A stretch of 60,476 bases of DNA from Bryobacteraceae bacterium (lineage in GTDB: Bacteria; Acidobacteriota; Terriglobia; Bryobacterales; Bryobacteraceae): positions 1-60,476 of the forward strand of contig JAWLGN010000001.1 of assembly GCA_041685075.1 (NCBI GenBank), written 5' to 3'. Each line of letters opens with the position of its first letter. Within the stretch, counting starts at the first letter, position 1. The position numbers and the translations under genes are program-made. Of this stretch, positions 9,219 through 17,685 are shown piece after piece. The notes under the pieces are model-generated. The model saw only the letters and a program-made list of their open reading frames with translations, was not told the DNA's origin and did not search any database.

Positions 9219-10532
9219 ATGTCACTTATGCAACATGTCAACGTGGGGATCGTGGGGCTGGGAAACATCGGCACCGGCACCATGACCATCCTGGCGGAGA
9301 ATGCCGAACAGATTGCGCTCAAGTTGGGATTTCGGCTGAAGGTTACCGCCGTCTGCGACCTGCTGATCGACTCGAAGCAGGTGCCTGAAGCCCTGGGCCC
9401 GGTCCTTCGCACCGCCGACTGGCGCGAGGTCGTCTGCCGGCCGGATGTCGATATCGTGGTGGAACTGGTGGGCGGCACCACGGTGGCGGCGGAGATCATC
9501 AACGCCGCCATTGACAACGGCAAGTCCGTGACCACCGCCAACAAGGAATTGATGGCCGCCTGTGGTTCGGAGATCTGGGACCGCGCCATCCACGCCGGCG
9601 TGAACGTGGCGATGGAGGCCAGCGTCTGCGGCGGCATCCCCATCCATGCCGTGTTGCGCGAAGGCATTTCGGGCGACCGTATCGTGGCGGTTCTGGGCAT
9701 CCTCAACGGCACCAGCAACTACATCCTCACGGAGATGGAAAAGCACGGCACGCCGCTCGAGACCGTGCTGGCCGAGGCGCAGCGCCTGGGCTATGCGGAG
9801 GCCAATCCCAGCGCCGACGTGGACGGTTTCGACGCCCGCTCCAAGCTGGCCATTCTCTCCGCCCTGGCCTTCGGCGAGAAAATCACTCCCTCGGACATCT
9901 ACCTGGAAGGCATCCGCCGCATCACCCCCACGGACTTCGACTATGCGCGCCAGTTGGGCCACACCATCCGGCTGCTCTGCGCCGCGCGCCAGACGCGCGA
10001 CGGCCTGGTCCTGTCGGTGCGTCCGGCCCTGATTCCGCTCAGCACCATCCTGGCCGGTGTGCGCGGCTCTTACAACGCCGTGTGGGTGAAGGGGCACTAC
10101 GGCGAGGACACGTTCTACTACGGCCGCGGCGCCGGCCCTCGTCCCACGGGCGTGGCGGTGGTGAGCGACCTGATGCGCGTGGCGCGCGAAATCCGCAACG
10201 GCAGCCCGCAGCGCGTTTCGCCCTTCGCCCACGAGCGTCTGGACGAATACGAGCCGGTGCCGGTGTCCCGCCAGCGGCGACCCTACTTCCTGCGTTTCCG
10301 CGTCCAGGACCGGCCCGGCATTATCGCCACGCTGGCGGGCATCCTGGCCCAGAAGCACATCAGCCTGGAGGCCGTGCTGCAGCAGCCCTGCGAGGATAAG
10401 ACCGATCTGCCCTTCGTCATCACGGTGGAACCCACTTCCGAGCAGGCCATCCAGGAGGCGGTCCAGGAGATGGCGAAACTCGACTTCCTGACCCAGGCGC
10501 CCCTGGCGCTGCCCATGGAACCCCCGCTCTGA
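9219..10532 (+). CDS. hom: homoserine dehydrogenase
   Basis: NAD-binding VGIVGLGNIGTG, catalytic-region NGTSNYIL and ADVDGFDA motifs, and a C-terminal ACT-like domain. The track ORF starts at 9177, so the start is uncertain (9177, 9219 or 9228). Confidence 0.9.
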   Translation: MSLMQHVNVGIVGLGNIGTGTMTILAENAEQIALKLGFRLKVTAVCDLLIDSKQVPEALGPVLRTADWREVVCRPDVDIVVELVGGTTVAAEIINAAIDNGKSVTTANKELMAACGSEIWDRAIHAGVNVAMEASVCGGIPIHAVLREGISGDRIVAVLGILNGTSNYILTEMEKHGTPLETVLAEAQRLGYAEANPSADVDGFDARSKLAILSALAFGEKITPSDIYLEGIRRITPTDFDYARQLGHTIRLLCAARQTRDGLVLSVRPALIPLSTILAGVRGSYNAVWVKGHYGEDTFYYGRGAGPRPTGVAVVSDLMRVAREIRNGSPQRVSPFAHERLDEYEPVPVSRQRRPYFLRFRVQDRPGIIATLAGILAQKHISLEAVLQQPCEDKTDLPFVITVEPTSEQAIQEAVQEMAKLDFLTQAPLALPMEPPL

Positions 10533-11140
10533 TGCGCCTCCCGGCCCTGGTCGCCTGCTGGACAGCGCTGGCTTTCGCTCTGCCGGCCGCACCGGCGGAG
10601 GCGGGGCGGGGAACCGATACCCGTGCGGAACTCATACGGGCCATGGAGTTGCGGCCCGGCATGGTGGTGGCGGACGTCGGCTCCGGCTGGGGCTACATGC
10701 TGCGGCATCTCAGCCGGGCCGTGGGACCCACCGGGCGCGTGCTGGCCGAGGATGTTAGCGACAGGGCCCTGCGAGATACCCGCCGGGCCATCCGCGATAA
10801 CCAGCTCGAAAACGTGACCGTCATCCACGGCGCCTCCACCGACCCCCGGCTGCCCGCGGGCGAGGTGGACCTGGCGCTGGTGCGCGACGCCTACCACCAC
10901 TTCGACCACCCGCGCGAGATGCTGGCAGCTATCCGCAAGGCCCTGCGCCCGGAGGGACGCCTGGTGATCGTGGATTACTACAAGCGCCCCGGCGCCATGC
11001 GCGGCGCCGACGCCGTCAGCCATATCCGCGCCGATGAGCCGGAGGTGATTCAGGAAGTCGAAGCCGCCGGCTTCCGCCTCGTTCGATCGGCCGTGCACGT
11101 GGAAGGCAGCCAGTATCTGCTGATCTTCCGCAAAGAGTAG
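10532..11140 (+). CDS. class I SAM-dependent methyltransferase with N-terminal signal peptide
   Basis: Motif I VVADVGSGWGYM. Signal-like N-terminus MRLPALVACWTALAFALPAAPAEA. Start overlaps the hom stop (TGATG). Confidence 0.8.
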   Translation: MRLPALVACWTALAFALPAAPAEAGRGTDTRAELIRAMELRPGMVVADVGSGWGYMLRHLSRAVGPTGRVLAEDVSDRALRDTRRAIRDNQLENVTVIHGASTDPRLPAGEVDLALVRDAYHHFDHPREMLAAIRKALRPEGRLVIVDYYKRPGAMRGADAVSHIRADEPEVIQEVEAAGFRLVRSAVHVEGSQYLLIFRKE

Positions 11141-11141
11141 C

Positions 11142-11348
11142 TCAGTGCAGGGTGGCCGCGATGATGATGGCCACCGCCACGCACATCAGCCCTGCCAGCA
11201 CCGCCAGGGCTACGTTGCGCTGCTCCAGAACTTCTTTCCATAGATCGCCCGGCACCATCATCCGAACGATTCCGAAAGCCACGAAGAAGATCAGCACGCC
11301 CAGGGCGGCGAACAGGACGGCGTTGACGAGAGGGTAGTCGGTCATCAT
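11142..11348 (-). CDS. DUF350-like small membrane protein
   Basis: 68 aa with two TM helices and a composition typical of the DUF350/YjfL family. Confidence 0.65.
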   Translation of the reverse strand: MMTDYPLVNAVLFAALGVLIFFVAFGIVRMMVPGDLWKEVLEQRNVALAVLAGLMCVAVAIIIAATLH

Positions 11349-11434
11349 GCGGAGCGGCGGCCGAAATCGCCGCCATGGCCGGATGGTAGCACGGCAGCGC
11401 CCGCCGTTGCCCGAACGCGGTATTCTGGTCGGCT

Positions 11435-13621
11435 ATGCGACGCCGCACGTTCCTGCTGACGCCCGCGCTGCTGGCCCAATCGCGTGCGGGCGAGGCCGAG
11501 CCGCACTTCCCCGACCGCCTCCACCAGTTCGTCTGGCGCAACTGGGAACTGGCCAACATCGAGCGCATGGCCGCGGTGGCCGGCTGCGCGCCCGCGCGCC
11601 TCCTCGAGATCGGCCGCGCGCTGGGGCTGCCGGAAAAGCCCCGGCTCACCGCCGATCAACTGCGCCGTATCTACATCACGGTGATCCGCCAGAATTGGGC
11701 GCTGCTGCCGAACGGGCAGATTACCGAGCTGCTCGGCTGGACGCCGGAGCAGTTCACCTTCACCCTCAAGGAGGACGATTTCCTGGACGTGAAGCTGGGG
11801 GCCAAGCCGTCCTGCGAGCCGCTGCGCTACGCCGAGCCCACACCCGAGGCCCGCCGCCGCGCCGCTCAGATCCGCTCCACGGTGCGGGAAGCGTTCGGCA
11901 AGGAGTGGAACGAACCCGGGGAATCGCCCTTCGCCTTCGTCGAGCGGATGTCGGCTCCGGGAGCCGTGGCGCCGCCCGCCGAGCCGGCCGGGGTGCGGTG
12001 GGACCTGCGCCACGTCTACTCCTATTTCGCGCTCTACGGCGATCCCCTGGTGGAGCCGGAGATCGATCCCTTCCCGGACGGCTATCTCGAGCGCCTTCGC
12101 GCGGTGGGGATCAACGGCGTGTGGATGCAGGCGGTGCTGCGAACGCTGGCGCCCGCGCCGCAGTTTCCGGAATTCGGCGCCCGCGGCGAGGAGCGCCTGG
12201 CGAACCTGCGGAATCTGGTGGCCCGCGCGGCGCGGCACGGCATGCGGGTCTTTCTCTACATCAACGAGCCCCGCTCCATGCCGCCGGAGTTTTTCGCGCG
12301 GCGTCCCGGGATGCGCGGCGCCGAATACCGCGGCCACTACGCCATGTGCACCAGCATCCCGGAGGTGCGGGAGTGGATTTCCGGCAGCCTGGCGCATGTC
12401 TTCCGCGCAGTGCCGGAGCTGGGCGGGGTCTTCTCCATCACGATGTCGGAAAACTTCACCCACTGCCACTCGCGCCCGCGCGCCGAGACCTGCCCGCGCT
12501 GCTCGCGCCGCGCGAACTGGCAGGTGGTGGGGGAGCTGCTGGAGGCCATCCGCACGGGCGTGCGCGCCTCCAGCCGCACGGCCGAAGTCATCGCCTGGGA
12601 TTGGGGATGGCCCGGCGAGATGGCGCGCCGCGTGATTCCCCGGCTGCCGCGCGATACGCGCTTCCAGAGCGTCAGCGAATGGAGCATCCCGATCGAGCGC
12701 GGCGGTGTGAAGTCCACCGTGGGGGAGTATTCGATTTCGGTGGTGGGGCCGGGCCCGCGCGCCACGGCGCACTGGGAACTGGCGCGCAAGGCCGGAGTCC
12801 GCACCCTGGCGAAGACCCAGTTCAACAACACCTGGGAGATCTCGGCGGTGCCCTACATTCCGGTGGGCTACCTGGTGGCGCGCCATTGCGCCAACCTGCG
12901 GCAGGCCGGGGTGAGCGGGGTGCAGGCCTCCTGGACCCTGGGCGGATATCCGTCGCCCAATCTCGAAATCGCGCGCGAGTTCTATTTCGGGAAGGCGCCC
13001 ACCCCGGAGGACGCCGTGGCCGCGGTGGCGCGGCGGCGCTATGGCGAAGAGGCCGGCCCGCTGGTGGCCGGCGCGTGGAAGATCTTCAGCCGCGCCTTCG
13101 AAATGTACCCCTACGGCATCGCCATCTACACCATTCCGACGCAGCACGGCCCCGCCAACCTGCTGCGCGAGACGCCCTCGGGGGTGAAGGGATCCATGAT
13201 CCTGTTCCCCCAGGACGACTATCGCGGCTGGTGCGGGCATTATCCTCCGGAGGTGGTGCGGGACCAGTTCGCCCGCATGGCCTCGGCCTGGGAGCCGGGG
13301 CTGGCGGTGCTCGGCAAAGCCGCGGCCCTCTCGCCGGCGGCGGCCGAGGAACTGGCGGTCGCCGAAACCTGCTGGATCCATTTCAAAAGCACCGCCAACC
13401 AGCTTGCCTTCTACCTGCTGCGCGACGGAGGCGGTTCGCGCGAGGCCATGCGCGCCATCGTCTGGGACGAGATGGCGCTGGCCCGCCGGCAGTTCTCCAT
13501 CGCCCGGCGGCACTCGGTGATCGCCTTCGAGGCCAGTAACCACTACTACTACCGGCCGCTCGATCTGGCGGAGAAGATCCTCAACTGCCGCCGGCTGCTG
13601 GGGCGGCTGGCGTCGGCTTGA
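11435..13621 (+). CDS. hypothetical exported protein, possibly a TIM-barrel glycosidase-like enzyme
   Basis: 728 aa with protein-like composition, unlike the antisense 768-aa ORF. Tat/Sec-like N-terminus MRRRTFLLTPALLAQS. The central region INGVWMQAV...RHGMRVFLYINEPRSMP...ITMSENFTHC resembles (beta/alpha)8 glycosidase families. Function not established. Confidence 0.6.
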   Translation: MRRRTFLLTPALLAQSRAGEAEPHFPDRLHQFVWRNWELANIERMAAVAGCAPARLLEIGRALGLPEKPRLTADQLRRIYITVIRQNWALLPNGQITELLGWTPEQFTFTLKEDDFLDVKLGAKPSCEPLRYAEPTPEARRRAAQIRSTVREAFGKEWNEPGESPFAFVERMSAPGAVAPPAEPAGVRWDLRHVYSYFALYGDPLVEPEIDPFPDGYLERLRAVGINGVWMQAVLRTLAPAPQFPEFGARGEERLANLRNLVARAARHGMRVFLYINEPRSMPPEFFARRPGMRGAEYRGHYAMCTSIPEVREWISGSLAHVFRAVPELGGVFSITMSENFTHCHSRPRAETCPRCSRRANWQVVGELLEAIRTGVRASSRTAEVIAWDWGWPGEMARRVIPRLPRDTRFQSVSEWSIPIERGGVKSTVGEYSISVVGPGPRATAHWELARKAGVRTLAKTQFNNTWEISAVPYIPVGYLVARHCANLRQAGVSGVQASWTLGGYPSPNLEIAREFYFGKAPTPEDAVAAVARRRYGEEAGPLVAGAWKIFSRAFEMYPYGIAIYTIPTQHGPANLLRETPSGVKGSMILFPQDDYRGWCGHYPPEVVRDQFARMASAWEPGLAVLGKAAALSPAAAEELAVAETCWIHFKSTANQLAFYLLRDGGGSREAMRAIVWDEMALARRQFSIARRHSVIAFEASNHYYYRPLDLAEKILNCRRLLGRLASA

Positions 13622-13665
13622 GAGGTTGGTAGCGCCATGATACCCTTGCACACGGACGTGAACTC

Positions 13666-14709
13666 ATGATACTTCCGGAAACCTATGCCGCCACCCTGAT
13701 GCTCATGATCCTCAGCATGCTTTGTTGGGGTTCCTGGGCCAACGCGTTCAAGCTGGCCGGAAAATGGCGGTTCGAGCTGTTCTATTTCGATTACTCTTTC
13801 GGCGTGCTGCTGGCCGCCGTCATTTATGCCTTCACCGCCGGTTCGCTCGGCTTCGACGGCTTTACTTTCACCGACGACCTGATGCACTCCGGCAAACGCC
13901 AGTGGTTCTACGGCTTTTCCGGAGGCGTGGTCTTCAATCTCGCCAACATGCTGCTGGTGGCGGCCATCTCGGTGGCCGGCATGGCGGTGGCCTTCCCGGT
14001 AGGCATCGGGTTGGCGCTGATTATCGGGGTGGTATGGAACTACCTGCTGCGGCCGCAGGGTAACCCCATGCTGCTGTTCACCGGGTTGGCGGTGATCGTG
14101 GTTGCCATCGTGGTGGACGCGCTGGCCTACCGCGGCCTGGCGATGACGCGCCACGAGGAGGAAGTCAAGGCGGGCAAGGCCAGAAGCACCCGCAGGACCG
14201 TCAGCCTGAAGGGCGTAGCGCTGGCGCTCGCCGCCGGCGTCCTGATGGGCTGCTTCTTCCCCCTGGTGGTGAAGGGGCAGGAGGGCGAACTGGGGCTGGG
14301 ACCCTACGCCGTGGGCTTCGTTTTCGCCCTGGGCGTTTTCGCTTCCACCTTCGTCTTCAACCTGTTCTTCATGAACCTGCCGGTGGAAGGGCCGCCGGTG
14401 GAAATTCTGGAGTACTTCAAAGGTTCCTTCCGGCAGCACGCCCTGGGGCTGTTGGGCGGGGCGGTATGGTTCAGCGGCGCGATCGCCAACTTCGTAGCCG
14501 CCAGCGCTCCGGAGGAGGTGCACGTCGGTCCGGCCATCAGCTACGCCATCGGGCAGGGAGCCACGATGGTGAGTGCGTTATGGGGTTTGCTGGTCTGGAA
14601 GGAGTTTGCCGGGGCGGACACCCGCACCCGGGCGCTCATTACCATCACCCTGGTGCTGTTCGTCCTGGGGCTGGCCATGATTTCGGTGGCCCCGCTGTTC
14701 GTGGCATAG
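13666..14709 (+). CDS. DMT-superfamily (GRP/RhaT-like) sugar transporter
   Basis: 347 aa with about 10 TM helices in two 5-TM halves separated by a charged loop (RHEEEVKAGKARSTRR). N-terminal CWGSWANAFK pattern. Follows the glycosidase-like gene. Confidence 0.55.
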   Translation: MILPETYAATLMLMILSMLCWGSWANAFKLAGKWRFELFYFDYSFGVLLAAVIYAFTAGSLGFDGFTFTDDLMHSGKRQWFYGFSGGVVFNLANMLLVAAISVAGMAVAFPVGIGLALIIGVVWNYLLRPQGNPMLLFTGLAVIVVAIVVDALAYRGLAMTRHEEEVKAGKARSTRRTVSLKGVALALAAGVLMGCFFPLVVKGQEGELGLGPYAVGFVFALGVFASTFVFNLFFMNLPVEGPPVEILEYFKGSFRQHALGLLGGAVWFSGAIANFVAASAPEEVHVGPAISYAIGQGATMVSALWGLLVWKEFAGADTRTRALITITLVLFVLGLAMISVAPLFVA

Positions 14710-14718
14710 GATTTTGAC

Positions 14719-14747
14719 GGCGGGGCCGTTCGCAGGGCGGCCCCGCC
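14719..14747 (+). terminator. GC-rich hairpin after the transporter gene (no clear U-tract)
   Basis: ggcggggccg (14719-14728) pairs with cggccccgcc (14738-14747), 9-nt loop, 10 nt after the stop codon. Confidence 0.3.
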
Positions 14748-14897
14748 CATCGCCGAATTGAATTTTAACCGCGACCTGAATCCCGTCCCGCCGGCGCTGT
14801 TCTGTGGAGAATTCCAACGCCTCTGTTGAGAAATACAGATCGCACGGAAATCGCACCAGACGTTCAACTTGCACACGCATCCCCGGGAAACACCCGT

Positions 14898-14934
14898 TGA
14901 AATATCCCACACCTCGGCACTGATGGATTTTTCA
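14898..14934 (+). promoter_or_regulatory. candidate enhancer (UAS) inverted repeat for the sigma-54 activator
   Basis: TGAAATATCC (14898-14907) and GGATTTTTCA (14925-14934) match 9/10 as an inverted repeat. The centre lies about 75 nt upstream of the -24 GG. An ATCGCAC direct repeat also occurs at 14839-14845 and 14850-14856 (11-nt period). Confidence 0.3.
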
Positions 14935-14989
14935 GCACTCGCAGGTGCTTGAAAACTCAACAAATAAACTGCCCGAAATCACCACAGTT

Positions 14990-15005
14990 TGGCCCGTTCG
15001 GTGCA
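14990..15005 (+). promoter_or_regulatory. sigma-54 (-24/-12) promoter
   Basis: TGGCCCGTTCGGTGCA versus consensus TGGCACG-N4-TTGCA. The GG (14991-92) and GC (15003-04) have exact consensus spacing. About 29 nt upstream of ATG 15034, in an AT-rich gap. A sigma-54 activator gene is in the same cluster. Confidence 0.55.
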
Positions 15006-15033
15006 CTTATGTACACCGAAAGGAAGCAATACC

Positions 15034-15705
15034 ATGACAGTCGTTCTGGTTTTGGTCACGTTTCTGGTTTTCATCCTCCTGGACTGGGCGCTGAACCGGA
15101 AAAAAGCCGTGCAGACCGCCCCGGCTCCATCCCCCGCCACCGCTTCGCCGGCCATGGCTCCGGCATACGTGGAGGGTTTCCTGGTCCCGGAGGAGATGGC
15201 CTATCACCCTGGCCATGGCTGGGCCCTGCGGGAGCGGCGTAACCTGGTTCGGGTGGGGGTGGACGAATTCGCCGCGGCCCTGATAGGACGCGCCGAAAAG
15301 ATCGAAATCCCCAAGCCCGGGCAGTGGGTGCGGCAGGGTCAAAAGGTCTGGAGTTTCTATCGCGAGGGCGAAAAGACCGAAATGGTCTCCCCTACGGAGG
15401 GCGAGGTGGTGGAGATCAACGCCGATGTGCTGCGCGACCCCTCCCTGCTGCGAACCGATCCTTATGGAAAGGGCTGGCTGGCCACCCTGCACGTGCCGGA
15501 TGAGGAAAACACTGCCCGGAACATGGTTCCAGCGCACTCGGTCCGGAGCTGGATGCGCGAATCTGTAGAAAGACTCTATAGTCTGCAGCCGCGGCTCGCT
15601 GGCGCCGTGGCCGCCGACGGGGGTCGTCCCGCCGATGATCTGCTTGCCGGAATGCCAAACGCGGACTGGAAGAAGACCACTGCTGAATTTTTCCTCACCG
15701 CATAA
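15034..15705 (+). CDS. membrane-anchored glycine-cleavage-H-like (GcvH-fold) protein
   Basis: The ATG at 15034 has an SD (aaggaag). N-terminal TM helix MTVVLVLVTFLVFILLDWAL is followed by NRKK. The GcvH-like core is YHPGHGWA...VRVGVDEFAA...EGEKTEMVSPTEGEVVEINADV...DPYGKGWL. The track ORF starts at 14989. Confidence 0.7.
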   Translation: MTVVLVLVTFLVFILLDWALNRKKAVQTAPAPSPATASPAMAPAYVEGFLVPEEMAYHPGHGWALRERRNLVRVGVDEFAAALIGRAEKIEIPKPGQWVRQGQKVWSFYREGEKTEMVSPTEGEVVEINADVLRDPSLLRTDPYGKGWLATLHVPDEENTARNMVPAHSVRSWMRESVERLYSLQPRLAGAVAADGGRPADDLLAGMPNADWKKTTAEFFLTA

Positions 15706-15760
15706 TTTTTCAACACCCGGGGGATGAAATGCGATATAAACGGGATATGAGGGTCTAGAT

Positions 15761-16507
15761 ATGTCGAAAGCGGTGCTTTACGACAGCACCCTCTGCGTCG
15801 GCTGCAGGGCCTGCGAATCCGCCTGCTCCGAGCGCTGGGGCCTTCCGTACGACGACACCGTGGCGGCCGAAGAGCGTCTCTCTTCGCGCAAGCTCACCAC
15901 TATCACTACTCATGGCGAACGCTACAACCGCCGGCTATGCATGCATTGCGCGGAACCTACCTGTGTATCCGTCTGCCCCGTGGGCGCGTTGCAGAAGACC
16001 GCACTCGGCCCCGTCATCTACGACGCCGATAAGTGCATGGGCTGCCGCTACTGCATGACAGCCTGCCCCTTCGGCGTCCCTTCCTATGAATGGGATAAAC
16101 GGCTCCCCAAGGTCCGGAAGTGCGATATGTGCTACGACCGGCAACTGGAGGCCGCACCCACGCGGTGTTCGGAGAGCTGCCCCACCGAAGCCACCGTCAC
16201 GGGCGACCGCGAGGCCATTGTGGAGTTGGCGCGCAAGCGCATGGCCGATAGTCCCGGCCAGTACTATCCCCGCATCTACGGCCTGAAGGAAGCCGGCGGC
16301 ACCTCGGTCTTCTTCCTGTCGGCCGTGCCCTTCGAGCAGTTGGGGATGAAGACCGGGCTGCCCGGGGAGCCGTTGCCCGCGCTGACCTGGCGGGTGCTCT
16401 CCACCGTGCCGGATGTGGTGACGGTCGGGTCGGTGCTGCTCGGCGGCATCTACTGGATCACCAACCGGCGCGAAGAAGTCGCCAGAAAGGAGGGCCGCCG
16501 GAAATGA
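15761..16507 (+). CDS. 4x[4Fe-4S] ferredoxin-type subunit (HybA/FdnH/NrfC family) with C-terminal TM anchor
   Basis: Four Cys clusters: CVGCRACESAC, CMHCAEPTCVSVCP, CMGCRYCMTACP, CDMC...CSESCP. C-terminal helix VVTVGSVLLGGIYWI. No N-terminal Tat signal. Confidence 0.85.
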   Translation: MSKAVLYDSTLCVGCRACESACSERWGLPYDDTVAAEERLSSRKLTTITTHGERYNRRLCMHCAEPTCVSVCPVGALQKTALGPVIYDADKCMGCRYCMTACPFGVPSYEWDKRLPKVRKCDMCYDRQLEAAPTRCSESCPTEATVTGDREAIVELARKRMADSPGQYYPRIYGLKEAGGTSVFFLSAVPFEQLGMKTGLPGEPLPALTWRVLSTVPDVVTVGSVLLGGIYWITNRREEVARKEGRRK

Positions 16508-17673
16508 ACCGCCTTGCCGCGCGTATCACCCCCTGGCGCGCGATCTTCGCCGCCGTGGCCCTGGCGGGCCTCTATGCCACCTGGGTGCGGATCTACTACG
16601 GCCTGGGCGCCGCCACCAACCTCAGCGACGAGTTTCCCTGGGGCATCTGGATCGGCTTCGACATCCTGTGCGGTGTGGGGCTGGCGGCCGGCGGCTTCAC
16701 CCTGGTGGCCGTGGTCCACATCTTCAACATCGAGCGCTACAAGCCGATCCTGCGGCCGGCCATCCTGACGGCCTTCCTGGGTTACCTGCTGGTGATCCTG
16801 GCGCTGCTGTTCGACCTGGGCCGTCCGGACCGCGTCTGGCACCCGTTGATCCTCTGGAACCCGCGCTCGGTGATGTTCGAGGTGGGCTGGTGCGTCACGC
16901 TCTACACCACCGTGCTGTTTCTGGAGTTCGTCCCGGTGGTCTTCGAGAAGTTCGGCATGCACAAGCCGCTGGGCTGGATGCGGGCGATCTCGGTGCCCCT
17001 CATGATTGCCGGGGTGATTCTCTCCACCCTGCACCAGTCTTCGCTGGGCACCCTGTACCTGATCGTTCCCCATAAACTGTACGCCCTGTGGTACTCGCCC
17101 CTGCTGCCGGTGTTCTTTTATATCTCGGCCATCTGCGCGGGGCTGGCCATGACGATCTTTGAATCCTGGCACTCGAGCCGCGCCTTCGGCCGCGCGCTCG
17201 AATTGCCGCTGCTGGCGAGCATGGGACGCGTGCTGGCGGTACTGCTCTCCGTCTATCTGGCGATGCGCTACCTGGATCTTTCGCGCCGCGGCGCGCTGCC
17301 GCTGCTGCTAGAGAACCGTACCGAGACCTGGCTGTTCGGCCTGGAGATCGCGCTCATGCTGGTGCCCATGGTGCTGCTCTACAGGCGGAGCGTGCGGTGG
17401 CGGCCCGGGGCGCTCTACGGCTGCGCCGTGATGGTGCTGTTCGGCTTCATTGCCAACCGCCTGAACGTTTCCATCACCGGGATGGAGGCCGGCTCCGGCG
17501 TCTCCTACGTGCCCAAGTGGACCGAGGTGGCGGTGACCCTGGCCATCGTGGCCCTGGGGTTCGCCATCTTCCGGGTGATGGCGCAGTACTTCCCGGTATT
17601 TGAAGAGCCGCGCGAGGCGGCGACCGCGGCGGTCGAGGTCGAGCCGGCCGCTGTTCCGGTGGAGGTGAGATAG
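16504..17673 (+). CDS. NrfD/HybB/PsrC-family integral membrane quinone-interacting subunit
   Basis: 389 aa with about 10 TM helices and the family-typical FPWGIWIGFDI segment. ATGA overlap with the FeS gene. Confidence 0.85.
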   Translation: MNRLAARITPWRAIFAAVALAGLYATWVRIYYGLGAATNLSDEFPWGIWIGFDILCGVGLAAGGFTLVAVVHIFNIERYKPILRPAILTAFLGYLLVILALLFDLGRPDRVWHPLILWNPRSVMFEVGWCVTLYTTVLFLEFVPVVFEKFGMHKPLGWMRAISVPLMIAGVILSTLHQSSLGTLYLIVPHKLYALWYSPLLPVFFYISAICAGLAMTIFESWHSSRAFGRALELPLLASMGRVLAVLLSVYLAMRYLDLSRRGALPLLLENRTETWLFGLEIALMLVPMVLLYRRSVRWRPGALYGCAVMVLFGFIANRLNVSITGMEAGSGVSYVPKWTEVAVTLAIVALGFAIFRVMAQYFPVFEEPREAATAAVEVEPAAVPVEVR

Positions 17674-17685
17674 CGCAAGCCATAT

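Noticed and set aside
11345-13651. 768-aa minus-strand ORF, plus the 730-aa plus-strand ORF 11347..13539, covering the same region as the 728-aa gene
   Set aside because: Extreme R/G/A/P-rich, low-complexity translations with no motifs. These are typical shadow ORFs of a GC-rich gene. The 11435..13621 frame has balanced composition and a signal sequence.
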